From the NCBI GenBank assembly GCA_034676385.1, contig JAUCCH010000055.1:1-40298 (forward strand): a DNA stretch of 40,298 bases, read 5' to 3'. Under the pieces are notes generated by a model. The model was given only the letters and a program-made list of their open reading frames with translations, had not been told where the DNA came from and did no database searches. Positions 38,961-40,298 of this stretch are shown piece after piece. Each line of letters begins with the position of its first letter. Position 1 is the stretch's first letter. Source of the DNA: Leucobacter sp. (GTDB taxonomy: Bacteria; Actinomycetota; Actinomycetes; Actinomycetales; Microbacteriaceae). The translations under genes and the position numbers were made by a program.

Positions 38961-39030
38961 GTTTCAAGCCTAGTCTGAGGTGTCATGCTTGTTGTAGACA
39001 GGAGAACTCCATTGGAAGGAATCCCATCAG

Positions 39031-39336
39031 ATGTCTACACTCCGACCCCGTCGAGAGTTCAGTGACGAGTTCAAAGCCGACGCTGTGCGCATGGTAACCG
39101 AGCTCGGCAAAACACGAGCCCAGGTCGCCCGCGACCTAGAAATCAACGAATCAACGCTCGGGAAATGGGTTGGGAAAGCAACCGGCACGCATGGCACTGG
39201 TTCAGGGTCAGCCCGCCGAACCCCTGACCCTTACTCGCAAGACCCGCACGAGATGCAACGTGAGATCAACCGGTTGCGTGAGGAAAACACGTTCCTAAAA
39301 AAAGCGGCGGCCTTCTTCGCGAAGGAACAGCGGTAG
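39031..39336 (+). CDS. IS3-family transposase OrfA (HTH)
   Basis: Identical to copy 1 OrfA. Confidence 0.85.
   Translation: MSTLRPRREFSDEFKADAVRMVTELGKTRAQVARDLEINESTLGKWVGKATGTHGTGSGSARRTPDPYSQDPHEMQREINRLREENTFLKKAAAFFAKEQR
39297..39304 (+). other. A7G slippery run for programmed -1 ribosomal frameshifting (OrfA to OrfAB)
   Basis: 'CTAAAAAAAGCG' lies 30 nt before the orfA stop. The -1 frame is open from here into orfB (KKSGGLLREGTAVV-RKYELIEH...), as in IS3/IS911-type elements. Confidence 0.6.
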
Positions 39337-40244
39337 TGCGCAAGTACGAGCTGATCGAACACGAAGAAGGCCAACATGCTGTCACGTTCATGTGTCGACT
39401 GCTGAAAGTGCATCGTGCGGGTTTTTACGCATGGAAGCAGCGGCGACATGCAGCACCTGATGCCCGAAAGATACGGCGGCAAGAGCTCTCCGATCTGATC
39501 GGGAAGATCTGGATCGATCACCACAAAATCCTTGGGGTGCGGCGCATTCATGCCGAACTTGCTGCTCAAGGGATGACGGTGTCTCCATGGCTGGTGTGGC
39601 AGCTCATGCGAGAGCTCGGGATTCAAGGGATTCAGCCGCGCGCCACGAAACGAACCACGATCCCCGCGCCCGATGCCGGTATCCGGCGTGACTTCATCGG
39701 GCGTCGGTTCACACCCCCGGTTCCAACAACCTGCCTCGTGGGCGACATCACGTACCTCAAAACTGGCGAAGGTTGGCTGTATCTTGCGACGGTGATTGAT
39801 CTGACCACAAGAATGGTGGTCGGATGGCAGACGGCAGCCCATATGAGAACGTCGCTGGTGGTTGATGCGCTCACGATGGCGCATCGCGCCGGCTACACCG
39901 CCGGGAACGCAATATTTCACAGCGACAAAGGTGCCCAATACACGTCTGCTGAATTCGCTGACGCGGCCAGGCTGATGGATCTGAGACTCTCAGTGGGAAG
40001 AACTGGGGTGTGCTGGGACAATGCCGTCGCCGAAAGCTGGTTTGCTTCGCTGAAGAACGAGCATTGGCATCATCACCACTATGCCACCCGGGCGAGGGCA
40101 AGGCTTGCGGTTGCTGAATATATTGAGGTGTTCTACAACCGGAAGCGTCGCCACTCCACCCTCGGGTATCGCACCCCGATGTCGGTGATGCAGGCGTTCT
40201 TTGACCGTTCAAACCTCCAGGCAGCGGAAAGGGCTGTGGCCTGA
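39336..40244 (+). CDS. IS3-family transposase OrfB (rve integrase core, DDE), intact copy
   Basis: The 302-aa product ends with the family-typical '...RKRRHSTLGYRTPMSVMQAFF'. The GTG start overlaps the orfA stop. Confidence 0.85.
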   Translation: MRKYELIEHEEGQHAVTFMCRLLKVHRAGFYAWKQRRHAAPDARKIRRQELSDLIGKIWIDHHKILGVRRIHAELAAQGMTVSPWLVWQLMRELGIQGIQPRATKRTTIPAPDAGIRRDFIGRRFTPPVPTTCLVGDITYLKTGEGWLYLATVIDLTTRMVVGWQTAAHMRTSLVVDALTMAHRAGYTAGNAIFHSDKGAQYTSAEFADAARLMDLRLSVGRTGVCWDNAVAESWFASLKNEHWHHHHYATRARARLAVAEYIEVFYNRKRRHSTLGYRTPMSVMQAFFDRSNLQAAERAVA

Positions 40245-40298
40245 TCTTCAGCCCGTAATCAATAATCAAGCGTTCTCACGTCTACGAAACTTGACACA

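Larger units (their letters stand above)
38976..40298 (+). mobile_element. IS3-family insertion sequence, copy 2, inverted relative to copy 1; its right end runs off the window (~7 bp missing)
   Basis: The IRL 'TGAGGTGTCATGCTTGTTGTAGACAGG' starts at ~38976. It is near-identical to copy 1 throughout and has intact orfA/orfB. Confidence 0.85.

Noticed and set aside
3791-40298. Composite transposon formed by the two inverted IS3 copies
   Set aside because: The cargo is conserved housekeeping synteny (pepN-rpiB-nei, cydABDC, leuS, holA) and copy 1 has its own ATTG target duplication. So these are independent insertions rather than a mobile unit.

Overview
This 40.3-kb window is high-GC (roughly 57-60% by eye) actinobacterial chromosome, judged from codon usage, GTG/TTG starts and a pepN / Rv2466c-like DsbA / rpiB / nei gene order that matches M. 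tuberculosis Rv2467-Rv2464c. It splits into two parts.

(1) An IS-rich, lower-GC accessory patch from about 1 to 10.1 kb. It holds:
- a fragmented IS1380-family transposase that runs off the window start;
- a three-gene operon encoding a PIN-GNAT fusion, an EVE-domain protein and an ASCH-domain protein;
- an IS3-family element (copy 1, with a 4-bp ATTG target duplication);
- a divergent pair of predicted RNase genes, both inactivated. One carries an Rx4H (HEPN-like) motif and is frameshifted at a C7 homopolymer. The other is PIN-like and is split precisely, in frame, by an IS630-family element flanked by TA inside CTAG;
- decayed remnants: a GNAT fragment and a serine-recombinase HTH fragment.

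(2) A core housekeeping segment from about 10.1 to 39 kb. Its genes are DUF1653, a TehA-family transporter, an M23 lipoprotein peptidase, SRPBCC, pdxH-like, a padR/ABC-2 deletion scar, glbO, mscS, pepN, a DsbA-like CPWC protein, rpiB, nei, yceI, an App1-like phosphatase, cydABDC, an RHH+SPFH pair, kynU, a membrane protein, pabC/pabB, leuS and holA.

A second, inverted IS3 copy sits at about 38976 to the window end, ending 15 bp upstream of the holA start. The two IS3 copies bracket about 33.9 kb in inverted orientation.

Many genes are disrupted as assembled: leuS (four 1-nt deletions), holA, mscS, cydD (in-frame TAA), padR, IS3 copy 1 orfB, and the HEPN-like gene. This means either indel-prone assembly or real gene decay; read-level checks are needed.

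No rRNA, convincing tRNA or CRISPR array was seen. CDS coordinates follow the supplied ORF track. Coordinates of repeats and IS ends were read by eye and may be off by 1-2 nt.
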